Part shown: positions 8,430-16,701 of the stretch, in pieces | How positions within the stretch are numbered: the stretch's first letter is position 1 | Layout of the letters: each line of letters opens with the position of its first letter | Virus record (IMG/VR): IMGVR_UViG_3300009782_000011 | Reading direction: 5' to 3' (one strand) | Source: a virus | Length of the DNA stretch: 33,247 bases | Made by a program: the position numbers and the translations under genes | Notes under the pieces: model-generated | Seen by the model: the letters and a program-made list of their open reading frames with translations, nothing else | What the model was told of the DNA's origin: nothing | Databases searched by the model: none

Positions 8430-9154
8430 TGAACCACCGGATTGATTGAGAGATTTCCTCCCTGAGTTTTTCTCTTAATCTGAACAACAGAGCGACCCCA
8501 TTTCTTTTGAAATAATTTCGCCTGTTCTTCCTCCTTCTTCATTGTGCGATATGATGCACAGCCACCCTTTTTCTTGATGTGGGCTGAAACATAATGATAT
8601 TTATTAAATCTTAAAATCTTTCTAAATTTTCGAAGAACCTGAATTGAATAGTCATAGTCCTCCTTTAACCCCAACCTCTCATCAAATCTCAAATCCTTGT
8701 CTTTGGTAATCCCCATACACGGGCCGAGTATAACCGATGACAAACTAAAAGGGGAGTATTCTCGATAAAACTTTTTGTCGCTTTGTAAATTTACTCCCCA
8801 AAGTTTCGTCCCCATTTCCTCCGACATTCTGAAAGCATTATCAAAAAAGTGGTAGACCTCATTTTCGCTCATTATAAACAATTGCAAATTCTCGTAATAA
8901 CCAAACTGCTTGATGTCGTCATCTAAAAAAACAACATTGTTTTCCTTTGTGTTGTCGAGCATAAAGTTTCTAATCACGGCCATTCCTTTCCCTGCTAAAT
9001 TGTCCGGTATTGCGATGATTTTATTTCTATTATGTTTTTTGTATTCCTCGACCTCAAACTCGTGGCAAAATATAATTCCACGACTAAACAATTTTGCTGT
9101 TTGGCAATCGCTTGCTCTCTTGTAACTTGGTATTGCAATTTGATACATAGCCAT
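8408..9154 (-). CDS. GT-A fold glycosyltransferase-like protein, stand-alone, 248 aa
   Basis: N-terminal IAIPSYKR and VVFLDDDI (DxD), typical of GT-A enzymes. The acceptor is unknown. Confidence 0.6.
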   Translation of the reverse strand: MAMYQIAIPSYKRASDCQTAKLFSRGIIFCHEFEVEEYKKHNRNKIIAIPDNLAGKGMAVIRNFMLDNTKENNVVFLDDDIKQFGYYENLQLFIMSENEVYHFFDNAFRMSEEMGTKLWGVNLQSDKKFYREYSPFSLSSVILGPCMGITKDKDLRFDERLGLKEDYDYSIQVLRKFRKILRFNKYHYVSAHIKKKGGCASYRTMKKEEEQAKLFQKKWGRSVVQIKRKTQGGNLSINPVVHCPIRGI

Positions 9155-9588
9155 TAGCTTAAATTTAAAATGTAAGCGTCAAAATTATTTCTAATTTTAA
9201 CAATCCCCAATGCGACCTCCTCAACAACCGACAATGTCATCAATCCTTTTTCAAAATCAACAATGCTTGCTGATGTTCCAAAGTTTTCAATCTCCATTGC
9301 CTCTGCCTCTGCTTTTTCTCTTTCGATGTCTTTGATTTGATTTTTATATTCCTTGATTGAGGCCTTGCTATCGTCAAACATATCGGGTTGCTTTTCTGCT
9401 TGTAAAATTCTTTGATTGACTTCATCAATCCGACTTGCAAAATGCTCTTGGTCAACCTCAATGCTCGCTGTGTAAATTCTTTTTGCCTCATCGATACCAA
9501 AAACGCTTTTTAGCTTAATGGTCCACTCTGGTCGATTTCCCTCGACCCCAATTGATTTCATTTTGAACTTCATTTGTGTTTTCGCCAT
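9154..9588 (-). CDS. Hypothetical protein (144 aa, coiled-coil centre)
   Basis: ORF with the exact AATTTTAAAATT-ATG start context. Confidence 0.6.
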   Translation of the reverse strand: MAKTQMKFKMKSIGVEGNRPEWTIKLKSVFGIDEAKRIYTASIEVDQEHFASRIDEVNQRILQAEKQPDMFDDSKASIKEYKNQIKDIEREKAEAEAMEIENFGTSASIVDFEKGLMTLSVVEEVALGIVKIRNNFDAYILNLS

Positions 9589-9613
9589 AATTTTAAAATT
9601 AGTTTATAAAAAA

Positions 9614-10210
9614 TTAACCTAATAACTCTAATAATTTTTTGCCATTAACCACCCTGCCAATTCCTTTTCTGCGATAATCCTCTTTGCTATCTTTGGCATT
9701 GACGGCCTTTAAACCGAACTTGTCCTCGATCGTGAGCCAATCGACTGAATTGTCGAATGTAAAAACGATGTAATTATTCTCCTCTAAAATTTCAGTTGTA
9801 AATTCCTCCTCTTGTGCTATCTCCGAATTGTCTGCTATTGCCTTGTTTATTTCTTTGTCTAAAAAACCGACCTGCCTCAAAAGTTCCTTGTCTAAATTTC
9901 CCAATAAGGCAAAATCAAATTCTCCACCATTTTTGTTCAATCTCAAATTAAGCTCTTTCTCTTGCTCGATGTCTAAGTCAACCTCGACACAGGGGACAAC
10001 CTTGTGGCCCAACTCTTTTGCGATTTTAACTTTTTGATGACCACCGACAATCACATTAAATCTTTTCTTGTTTACATTGACAACAATAGGCTGAACGAAG
10101 TCAAATTTTTTCAATGACTTGGTCAACTCCATTTTTTCCTTGTTGCCAATTTTTCTTGGATTATACTCGGAGGGTTTTAGGTCATCGATTTTTTTATTGA
10201 TTATTTTCAT
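9614..10210 (-). CDS. ParB-like nuclease (ParB/Srx fold) domain protein
   Basis: DLKPSEYNPRK...VQPIVVN...VIVGGHQKVKIAKELG. Confidence 0.7.
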   Translation of the reverse strand: MKIINKKIDDLKPSEYNPRKIGNKEKMELTKSLKKFDFVQPIVVNVNKKRFNVIVGGHQKVKIAKELGHKVVPCVEVDLDIEQEKELNLRLNKNGGEFDFALLGNLDKELLRQVGFLDKEINKAIADNSEIAQEEEFTTEILEENNYIVFTFDNSVDWLTIEDKFGLKAVNAKDSKEDYRRKGIGRVVNGKKLLELLG

Positions 10211-10214
10211 AGTA

Positions 10215-10625
10215 TTAGCCTTTAATAATAAAAATGTCTTTTATTTTCTTATTGTTAAATATTTTTGTTTTTATTATTTTATCAACTGCTACTGTCATCT
10301 CATACAATAAAATTTCTGCGTCTTTGCTATAATCAAAGTCAATGCTATTTTTTGGAAATTTCTTTTTGAACTCTCTTTGTATTTTCTTTAAATCTAAAAA
10401 CTTTTGTCCGTCTAACACCCTCAAAAAAGCCCCTTGCTTGACCTGTATTGCGTGGTTGATCGCGACCCTTTCCTTGTCGCCATTTTCTAACTCAATAAGT
10501 GCAGGCAATGCACCTATTAAAAAATATCTAACCTCTTGCTTAATTTCCCCCTTTTTTCTTTTAAACTTTGAGTCGTAATTAAATCTAAAAATTAAATTTC
10601 TTGCGACTATTTCTCTTGTTATCAT
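10215..10625 (-). CDS. Hypothetical protein (136 aa)
   Basis: Long ORF packed tightly in the gene array. No motif recognised. Confidence 0.55.
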   Translation of the reverse strand: MITREIVARNLIFRFNYDSKFKRKKGEIKQEVRYFLIGALPALIELENGDKERVAINHAIQVKQGAFLRVLDGQKFLDLKKIQREFKKKFPKNSIDFDYSKDAEILLYEMTVAVDKIIKTKIFNNKKIKDIFIIKG

Positions 10626-10629
10626 ATTT

Positions 10630-10842
10630 TTATTTTTTAACTTTATATTTTTTGCCGTTTATTTCGATTGTTTCTCCAACCCCATAAAAAGCACCGACCA
10701 ATTTTAAGCCGTTATTATTAAAAATAGCCAAAGCACATAATCTCCAAATAAACGGAGGCAAGAACTTCGGCCTTTCCCTTAAATACAAAACAAAAGTATG
10801 CTTTGTATTTTTTCTTATTTTTTTTGCTATTTTTGTGTTCAT
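10630..10842 (-). CDS. Hypothetical small basic protein (70 aa)
   Basis: ORF in the array; overlaps the upstream gene by 4 nt. Confidence 0.5.
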   Translation of the reverse strand: MNTKIAKKIRKNTKHTFVLYLRERPKFLPPFIWRLCALAIFNNNGLKLVGAFYGVGETIEINGKKYKVKK

Positions 10843-11561
10843 ACTCCAATTGTTAATTTTTTTGATAAATTTGCCCTCATCTCTGCGAGCTTTCTGTCTA
10901 TTCTTTCCTGTTCCTCTCTTGATCGTGGCTTGCTCATTTCTTTCAATTGCTTTTGCACTTCGTCCTCTTGTGCTTTGCTTTCTGAAATTGCCTTTGTCTT
11001 TTCTCTGATTTCTTTATCACTTGGCAACTTCTCCGGCTTTGCCCATTTCTTTCGATTTCTCAACCAAGTAGCCCAACGCTGTTTCATCATAAAGGTTGTT
11101 TGTTTTTGCCAATGCTCTTTTTTTCCTCCCTCATTCTTTGCAGTCCAATAATCAAGAAAAGCCTCTCTCTCCTCTTTTAGCTCGATTGGTAAAACTCCAA
11201 TCTGCTCATCAAACTTTTCAACAAAAGATTTCCCCTTTTTGATTTCCGGTCCTTGTATTTCCTCCCCGACTATTTGTGGGTATAACTTTCTTAAATTTCC
11301 AGTCCTTGCGTCAACAAAACTTTTTAAAAATCCTCTGTCCTCTAATTCCTTAATCAATCGACTGACTTGTGTAATACTAATTTTGTAAAGATTGGCGAAG
11401 TATTGATTGGAGGCCCAACAATACCCCTCAATGTTGCTCAATGCTGTTATTTCAGCAAATAGCAATTTAGCCGTAGAGCCGACCTTTTCATCATATCTCA
11501 CACTTGCCGGCAATACTGCCCAAAAACTTGGCTTTTGATTTTCATTTTTTAAATTCTCCAT
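10839..11561 (-). CDS. HTH replication-organiser/initiator-like protein. The ATG at 11561 is preferred over the GTG at 11576.
   Basis: FWAVLPASVRYDEKVGSTAKLLFAEITALSNIEGYCWASNQYFANLYKISITQVSRLIKELEDRGFL is typical of phage replisome-organiser N-terminal winged HTH domains. Confidence 0.6.
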   Translation of the reverse strand: MENLKNENQKPSFWAVLPASVRYDEKVGSTAKLLFAEITALSNIEGYCWASNQYFANLYKISITQVSRLIKELEDRGFLKSFVDARTGNLRKLYPQIVGEEIQGPEIKKGKSFVEKFDEQIGVLPIELKEEREAFLDYWTAKNEGGKKEHWQKQTTFMMKQRWATWLRNRKKWAKPEKLPSDKEIREKTKAISESKAQEDEVQKQLKEMSKPRSREEQERIDRKLAEMRANLSKKLTIGV

Positions 11562-11567
11562 AATTTT

Positions 11568-11596
11568 ATTATACACTATTTTTTAAACCTTAGCAA
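11568..11596 (-). promoter_or_regulatory. Promoter P3: TTGCTA-17-TATAAT, third copy of the early-promoter family. The -10 ends 6 nt before the ATG at 11561.
   Basis: Minus strand: TTGCTA AGGTTTAAAAAATAGTG TATAAT AAAATT ATG. The spacer is nearly identical to P2. Confidence 0.55.
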
Positions 11597-11981
11597 TAGT
11601 TATTTCAACGCGAGGGTATTCCCTATCAATTCCCCCCGTTTCGTATTGTGTCGATATAATATGATTGTCATCATCGTCTTTTATGCAACCATAATGAACG
11701 AGTGCGTCACAAAAAAACTTTTCCACAACTGACAAGATGTTCGACCGGTCCAATCGACCACCTCTTGCCCTCCACAATACAAATTTTATTTTTATTGGCC
11801 TATCAAATTTTACTCCCGACAATTGCAATTCCATATCATCGCAATATTTTTCTTTTACTTGATTGTTTATCATAAAATGCAAATTGCGATAAACATTGAG
11901 ATTGAGCAAAACTTTTTTGTCTGCCTTTGTTTTTCTTGGCAGTGTAACAGATAACGGACTTGTAAATTTAAACTCGTTCAT
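11583..11981 (-). CDS. rusA: RusA-family Holliday junction resolvase. The start is at the internal Met, because the longer ORF would overlap the tRNA.
   Basis: LNVYRNLHF...DRSNILSVVEKFFCDALVHYGCIKDDDDNHI pattern of RusA endonucleases. Confidence 0.75.
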   Translation of the reverse strand: MNEFKFTSPLSVTLPRKTKADKKVLLNLNVYRNLHFMINNQVKEKYCDDMELQLSGVKFDRPIKIKFVLWRARGGRLDRSNILSVVEKFFCDALVHYGCIKDDDDNHIISTQYETGGIDREYPRVEITIAKV

Positions 11982-11993
11982 AATTTTATTTAG

Positions 11994-12066
11994 CGAGAGG
12001 GGCAAGTTTCGAACTCACTTCTTCGGTTTTGGAGACCAATATTTTAGCCGATTAAACTACCCTCCC
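11994..12066 (-). tRNA. trnW: tRNA-Trp (anticodon CCA), no encoded CCA end
   Basis: Manual fold of the minus strand: GGGAGGG TA GTTT AATCGGCTA AAAT A TTGGT CTCCAAA ACCGA AGAA GTGAG TTCGAAA CTTGC CCCTCTC G. U8, GG in the D-loop, U33, A37, T-loop TTCGAAA and G53-C61 are all present. The discriminator is G73, the bacterial Trp type. Confidence 0.85.
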
Positions 12067-12070
12067 GTTA

Positions 12071-12226
12071 TTATTTTTTAATTTTAATATTTTTGTTTTT
12101 ATTTGCATTACTTAATTTATACAATACTGCATAAACCAAAGCAACCCTGTCATCTCTTTTCCACCGAGAGCCTTTTGGCATTTCACCAACACACCTCTCT
12201 GCTAATTTCATCAGCTCTTTTTTCAT
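12071..12226 (-). CDS. Hypothetical 51-aa protein
   Basis: Manual translation: MKKELMKLAERCVGEMPKGSRWKRDDRVALVYAVLYKL... Fills the gap between the upstream gene and the tRNA. Confidence 0.4.
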   Translation of the reverse strand: MKKELMKLAERCVGEMPKGSRWKRDDRVALVYAVLYKLSNANKNKNIKIKK

Positions 12227-12229
12227 AAA

Positions 12230-12472
12230 CTATTTTTGTATTGGAGGAAAAACACAATTCCGTCCCCAACCAGTATAAATATATCTGCCACCATTTTCCT
12301 CGCACCAAATGCAATCATCTCTAACCACTCCCGCCATATTTGGACATCTCAAATCGTAGTTTTTTTCAATTCCCTCCAAATAAAGCACGACAGCGAAAAC
12401 AGTTCCAACAAAAGCAATGACTAATGAAATTATAATCAAAAAATTAAAAATTTTCTTACTTTCTATTTTCAT
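12230..12472 (-). CDS. Membrane-anchored small Cys-rich protein (80 aa)
   Basis: N-terminal TM FNFLIIISLVIAFVGTVFAVVLYL followed by a Cys-rich domain. Confidence 0.55.
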   Translation of the reverse strand: MKIESKKIFNFLIIISLVIAFVGTVFAVVLYLEGIEKNYDLRCPNMAGVVRDDCIWCEENGGRYIYTGWGRNCVFPPIQK

Positions 12473-12788
12473 ATTTATTTTTTAAAAATTTATAAATTTG
12501 TTGCCAATTTTTCTTTGGCATTCTTTCGCATAAATCCTCAATGTCGGCCCTGATAATTGCTCTGTATTGATTGAACTCTTTATTGAGGCCTTTCCCTCGA
12601 TGATGATATGTGCAAACCGGCACGATCGCCCAAGCCTCATTGATTTGCTTTCCTGCATAAAGCCAAGCGTGTTCCCACTCGACTTTGCCTTGACAATCCC
12701 CTCCCCCGTCTGTTCCCTTGTAAATGCACTTGCACATAAAAGGGTCACGAGCTATCTCGTTCCTTAGTTTTTGTGGTATTGGTCGCAT
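12456..12788 (-). CDS. Zinc/HNH-like nuclease-type protein (NinG/Rap-like?)
   Basis: CKC...C...EWEH...VPVCTYHHRG arrangement resembles HNH/Rap-type structure-specific nucleases. Confidence 0.4.
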   Translation of the reverse strand: MRPIPQKLRNEIARDPFMCKCIYKGTDGGGDCQGKVEWEHAWLYAGKQINEAWAIVPVCTYHHRGKGLNKEFNQYRAIIRADIEDLCERMPKKNWQQIYKFLKNKYENRK

Positions 12789-12795
12789 AATTTTA

Positions 12796-12945
12796 AAAAA
12801 TCAAGATAATCATTCCGGCAATGGCGATGATGAACGAGGCAATAGCAAGGCGATTTCCGTTCTTGCTATTGCAACCCCCAACAAATACCAAACCGGAGAT
12901 AACCATCATTGCAACCGAGATTGTAATGTAGATTGTGGTTTGCAT
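12796..12945 (-). CDS. 49-aa double-TM membrane peptide
   Basis: Manual translation: MQTTIYITISVAMMVISGLVFVGGCNSKNGNRLAIASFIIAIAGMIILIF. Confidence 0.45.
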
Positions 12946-12949
12946 ATTT

Positions 12950-13219
12950 TTAAGCAATATATTCTTTGTAGAATTTATTTGCGATACTTAAACACTTTTG
13001 TAGCCTTTCGTTGTATTGTCCTTTTTTTATTTTTTCAACTCTTTCAACCTTTATCTCTCCCACTGCTATAACTTTGCAATCACTACAAATTGACGAGCCA
13101 ATCTTTTCCTTTTCTAAAAAAATAGTAATGTAATAATCTCCGAAGTAGGCAATAAATAATCCCCCATTGTATTCTTTTATTTCCGTAAAGTCTTTTATTG
13201 TTAACATATTTTTAAACAA
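12950..13219 (-). CDS. Hypothetical protein (89 aa)
   Basis: ORF in the array. Confidence 0.5.
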   Translation of the reverse strand: MFKNMLTIKDFTEIKEYNGGLFIAYFGDYYITIFLEKEKIGSSICSDCKVIAVGEIKVERVEKIKKGQYNERLQKCLSIANKFYKEYIA

Positions 13220-13220
13220 T

Positions 13221-13604
13221 TTATAAGTAGATGTCCTCTGGACTTGGCAACTCGATTTCTAACTTCTCCCGACAAAGTTGCACAATCTTGTCGAGGTAGA
13301 TCGTGAACTCTCCCGAGTCGAGAGCTGTCGTGCTACGAACTAACGGAATTTTTTTCGTGTGGTCAGTCAAAAACATTGCTTTGAATGTCGAGTGTAATTC
13401 CTCCGGCAAAAATCCCGTGTCCTCGCTAATCACTCCGAGCCAAAACCAATAAAGAGAATTTTGGCTCACACTTCGAAAATTCCTTTTTAGCTTAATCTCA
13501 ATCTGAACTTCTTGGCCGTCTTTCAACTGGTCAACATACTCCTTGACCTTGATTGGATTATTATATTGCACTCTGCCTTTGATTTTTTTTCCAAAAAATT
13601 TCAT
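13221..13604 (-). CDS. NinB/Orf-like recombination mediator. The start is at the internal Met, abutting the upstream stop.
   Basis: RSVSQNSLYWFWLGVISEDTGFLPEELHSTFKAMFL...STTALDSGEFTIYL resembles lambda NinB (RSLDQN..LWA.LGD..). Confidence 0.45.
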   Translation of the reverse strand: MKFFGKKIKGRVQYNNPIKVKEYVDQLKDGQEVQIEIKLKRNFRSVSQNSLYWFWLGVISEDTGFLPEELHSTFKAMFLTDHTKKIPLVRSTTALDSGEFTIYLDKIVQLCREKLEIELPSPEDIYL

Positions 13605-13605
13605 A

Positions 13606-14205
13606 TTAGTAGCTGTTAATTGCAATCTCCTCCTCGATGATTTCGCAACCTGCAACCTTTTCTCCATTTAAAAGAGCTTGTTTGATTTTAGCCTCGTCCG
13701 GCACTAAATAAGCCCTCGGGATTTTCTCTTGGTCAACAATGTTCAATCTCTTGACCTTTCTTGTTTTTATTGCCTCGACCTTTTCAGCAACCCTCTCAAC
13801 TGATTTTGCAAGTTTCTCTGTGTTTATTTCAACATCATTCTCGGTTGCCTCCTCGATTTTTTTCAATGCCTCCTCCTCTCTCTTTCTTTGCTCTGCGATT
13901 AGTTTTTGACTATATTTAAGCATTTGGTCCTTAACCCAACCCTCGACTAAATCCAATTTGTCCTCGATTGGTTTAAATAATGCCCGAGTATTTTTCAATG
14001 CCTCATTCAAAGGTTTTGTGATTGCCTCTTTTTTTTCGGTCACTTCTTTTCTAACTCCTTTGACTTTAATCATTATCTCCTTTGCTGTTTCAAAGGTTGG
14101 TTGTGAATTGACAACAATTCTCGAATTGCTTGCCATATCATCAACAATCACTTTCGCCTCATCGATTGCCTCCTGTGTATTTAGTTTTATTATTTCTTGT
14201 GCCAT
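13606..14205 (-). CDS. Coiled-coil phage protein (Gp157/DUF1351-like?)
   Basis: 199 aa, long helical Lys/Glu-rich centre, C-terminal IPRAYLVPDEAKIKQAL motif. Confidence 0.35.
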   Translation of the reverse strand: MAQEIIKLNTQEAIDEAKVIVDDMASNSRIVVNSQPTFETAKEIMIKVKGVRKEVTEKKEAITKPLNEALKNTRALFKPIEDKLDLVEGWVKDQMLKYSQKLIAEQRKREEEALKKIEEATENDVEINTEKLAKSVERVAEKVEAIKTRKVKRLNIVDQEKIPRAYLVPDEAKIKQALLNGEKVAGCEIIEEEIAINSY

Positions 14206-14216
14206 AAAGATTTTTT

Positions 14217-14411
14217 TTAATTATATTTTTGATTAAATTTCTGCTCTGACATTGAAATCAAGACAATGAAGTCAATCAATGACCAGATACCAAATCCCCC
14301 GAGAGTAAAGAGCATTAAAATTCCTGTCCCAGTTTTACCCAAGTAAAATCTATGAACTCCTAACCCTCCGAGAAAAAAACAAAGTAGAACTGCAACGATT
14401 TTGTTTTTCAT
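14217..14411 (-). CDS. TM2 domain membrane protein
   Basis: AVLLCFFLGGLGVHRFYLGKTGTGILMLFTLGGFGIWSLIDFI. Confidence 0.75.
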   Translation of the reverse strand: MKNKIVAVLLCFFLGGLGVHRFYLGKTGTGILMLFTLGGFGIWSLIDFIVLISMSEQKFNQKYN

Positions 14412-14428
14412 TTTTTTATATTTAATTT

Positions 14429-14833
14429 TTAAAAAGGAATGTCCTCAATCCTTATCTCATTAACATCGTCATCAACTTCCGTGCTTTGAGGCTTTGAGTC
14501 CTCCTGCTTATTTCCTCCACCTAAAAACTCGAACTCGTTAACGATGACTTTTGCCATTATTTTTTTAATTCCATTCTTGTCCTCATAATTCTCGTAAGTC
14601 ATTTCTCCAATGATCGCAACCTTTGAGCCTTTTGATAACCACTTTGCAAAGGTTTCTCCGGCCTTTCCCCAAATAACAAGATTGTGAAATGATACCCTCT
14701 CCTGCTTTTGACCACTATCGTCAACCCACCTTTTATTTGTTGCCAAAGGAACGGAGGCGACAAGCTTTCCTGTTTGTGTATTTCTCAACTCGACATCTTT
14801 TGCCAAGTTTCCAATTAAAATGATTTTGTTCAT
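14429..14833 (-). CDS. ssb: Single-stranded DNA-binding protein
   Basis: MNKIILIGNLAKDVELR...FHNLVIWGKAGE OB-fold signature and acidic C-terminal tail ...IEDIPF. Confidence 0.92.
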   Translation of the reverse strand: MNKIILIGNLAKDVELRNTQTGKLVASVPLATNKRWVDDSGQKQERVSFHNLVIWGKAGETFAKWLSKGSKVAIIGEMTYENYEDKNGIKKIMAKVIVNEFEFLGGGNKQEDSKPQSTEVDDDVNEIRIEDIPF

Positions 14834-14842
14834 ATTTTTTGA

Positions 14843-15286
14843 TTAAAATAAATTAGTTTGTGGGGACTTCTCTTTTTGATAGTCCTCCCGTCTTTTATAG
14901 CTAAATTGGTCCACCTCATCGACCGACAAATCGACCGGCTCGGTTTTGTGTGTCCTCCAAGCCTCGTGGTCATAAGGTATAGCAACATTTTTAAAAGTAG
15001 CAACTGGATTTTTGATTGTTGTTTCCCCATAAATAAACATTGTCCCCTTTTCTGTCGGCCCCCAACCCTCTGCTGTTCTGAAAACTAAATCAAAATATTG
15101 TAGCTTTTGAAAATTAGCAAGCTGATTGTAGTTAAGGCTAAGGTCTTTTTGTAGATTGCAGACCTTTCCTGTTTTCTCATAAAAATCAACTAACTGCCTC
15201 AATGCTTTGACGAGTGGCAAGTTTAAATTGTGAGTATATGCTGTGACCACTCCACCACAGCAGTCGCAAGTCTCTCTATAATGCAT
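14843..15286 (-). CDS. Hypothetical Cys-cluster (zinc?) protein, 147 aa
   Basis: N-terminal CDCCGG motif. Lies in the array between the HNH and ssb genes. Confidence 0.5.
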   Translation of the reverse strand: MHYRETCDCCGGVVTAYTHNLNLPLVKALRQLVDFYEKTGKVCNLQKDLSLNYNQLANFQKLQYFDLVFRTAEGWGPTEKGTMFIYGETTIKNPVATFKNVAIPYDHEAWRTHKTEPVDLSVDEVDQFSYKRREDYQKEKSPQTNLF

Positions 15287-15755
15287 ATTGTTTTAAATTT
15301 AATAATCTTTTATCTTTTGTCATATGGCACTTTCTGCAAAGCCACTCAAAGTCATCAACATCTCTTTTATACTCTCCCGAAATGTTTGCGAGGTCAATCG
15401 GTTTCGTATTCTTACAACACTCGCAAAAATCTGTCTTTTTCTTTCTCCTCCTAACCCAATTATGCAGGGCAATAATTCCAACAAAATCTCCTTTCCAGTT
15501 TGGATTTTTATCACCAAACAATCTGCTCGGCCCTTTCTTTTTATATCTCGCCATTTCTCTAAAATTCACAACCTCCCTGTTTTTATTTCTATAACAATTT
15601 TGATATTCTCTTATTTTTTCGGACCTCTCTCTTTGTGATATTAAATGACAATTTTTGCAAGCAGACGAGAGTTTGTCTTTTTTTTGTTTGTCCCTATAAA
15701 AAAGATTGATGTTAAGTTCTTTCTTGCACTTTGAGCAAACCTTGACATATGCCAT
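15276..15755 (-). CDS. HNH homing-type endonuclease with an N-terminal zinc finger
   Basis: CSKCKK...CKNC; ALHNWVRR...CECC...LANISGEY...WLCRKCH. Confidence 0.7.
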   Translation of the reverse strand: MAYVKVCSKCKKELNINLFYRDKQKKDKLSSACKNCHLISQRERSEKIREYQNCYRNKNREVVNFREMARYKKKGPSRLFGDKNPNWKGDFVGIIALHNWVRRRKKKTDFCECCKNTKPIDLANISGEYKRDVDDFEWLCRKCHMTKDKRLLNLKQYAL

Positions 15756-15765
15756 AATTGTAAAA

Positions 15766-16554
15766 TTATTTTATAATTGCCTCTGCCTCTTTTTTTAGCT
15801 GTGCTAAATAAAGACAAGACAGAAAACCTTTTCTAAGTTTTGGGGTTGCCTTAAACTCCTTGCACTCGAAATCTGCTGTGTCTTTTCCAAATCTAACAAT
15901 CCAACAACTATCAAATTTTTTCTTGCTTTCCTCCTCGTGGGCGATAGCATAACCACTCACTTGCAAAAGCATTTCCCAATAAATTCCATTGCCGGTCTTG
16001 AAATCAATCAAACAATATTTCCCGTCAACCTCTGCGATACAATCTAATGTCCCGACAAAATCATTTTTTTTAGAGTAAACAAGCAATTCTGTTTCGATAA
16101 ATTTAACTTTATGCTTATTGACCCATTGCAAAAATGCTAGGTAGCCATTTTCCACTTCTTGAATTTTAGGAATTTTTGGCATTTTTTTTAATTTTCCCAA
16201 GTGGAAATCTATTGTCTTGCTGGCTAAATCGTGAATGATTTTCCCCTTGTCGGCCGAGTCATCTCTTTTCTCCCTCCAAGCATTTTTTGCGAGAGATATG
16301 TCATAGTTTGTGATTTTTTTCCCTTGATTAAATGTCAACAAAATTCTTTTCTCCATTTCTGACACGGCCCAAGGTATAAGAGCCGGTTTGTCTAATATTC
16401 CGGTCGCCTTTGTGACCGATGTTAGCCACTCTTGATTTTCCCTCCTGATGTAAATGTGATTATAGCGTCCGTATTTTTCATAAAAATCAATTGTGACACT
16501 CCCGTCATATTTCTTGTAAACCTTGTCCGGTATTACAATTTTAGTTTTCGCCAT
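15766..16554 (-). CDS. PD-(D/E)XK (RecB/Cas4/YqaJ-like) exonuclease. The ATG at 16554 is preferred.
   Basis: GTLDCIAEVDGKYCLIDFKTG...LQVSGYA (D...D/ExK...Q..Y). Confidence 0.7.
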   Translation of the reverse strand: MAKTKIVIPDKVYKKYDGSVTIDFYEKYGRYNHIYIRRENQEWLTSVTKATGILDKPALIPWAVSEMEKRILLTFNQGKKITNYDISLAKNAWREKRDDSADKGKIIHDLASKTIDFHLGKLKKMPKIPKIQEVENGYLAFLQWVNKHKVKFIETELLVYSKKNDFVGTLDCIAEVDGKYCLIDFKTGNGIYWEMLLQVSGYAIAHEEESKKKFDSCWIVRFGKDTADFECKEFKATPKLRKGFLSCLYLAQLKKEAEAIIK

Positions 16555-16564
16555 ATAAATAAAA

Positions 16565-16699
16565 TTATTTTTTAATCCTCGCCTCAATCTCTCTCAACTC
16601 GGCCTCTAATTTGTAAATCTCTTTTTTCTTTCTTTCGATTTGTGATTTTACTTTTCGAGCCTCGTTCATTAAGATTTGGTCTGCTTTGTTCATCAACAT
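16565..16699 (-). CDS. 44-aa coiled-coil peptide
   Basis: Manual translation: MLMNKADQILMNEARKVKSQIERKKKEIYKLEAELREIEARIKK. Fills the spacer between the annealase and exonuclease genes. Confidence 0.35.
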   Translation of the reverse strand: MLMNKADQILMNEARKVKSQIERKKKEIYKLEAELREIEARIKK

Positions 16700-16701
16700 A
16701 T

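Noticed and set aside
9240-9500. Nested minus-strand ORFs in alternative frames (9240-9500, 12482-12748, 14830-15030, 15320-15517, 17382-17567, 23585-23797, 25390-25695, 33030-33224).
   Set aside because: They are fully contained in longer ORFs that have clear family motifs or better genomic fit, and there is no independent evidence for overprinted genes.
11994-12066. A suppressor tRNA or alternative genetic code.
   Set aside because: The anticodon loop reads CUCCAAA (CCA, Trp). Genes here terminate with TAA, TAG and TGA, and the standard-code ORFs tile the genome without gaps.
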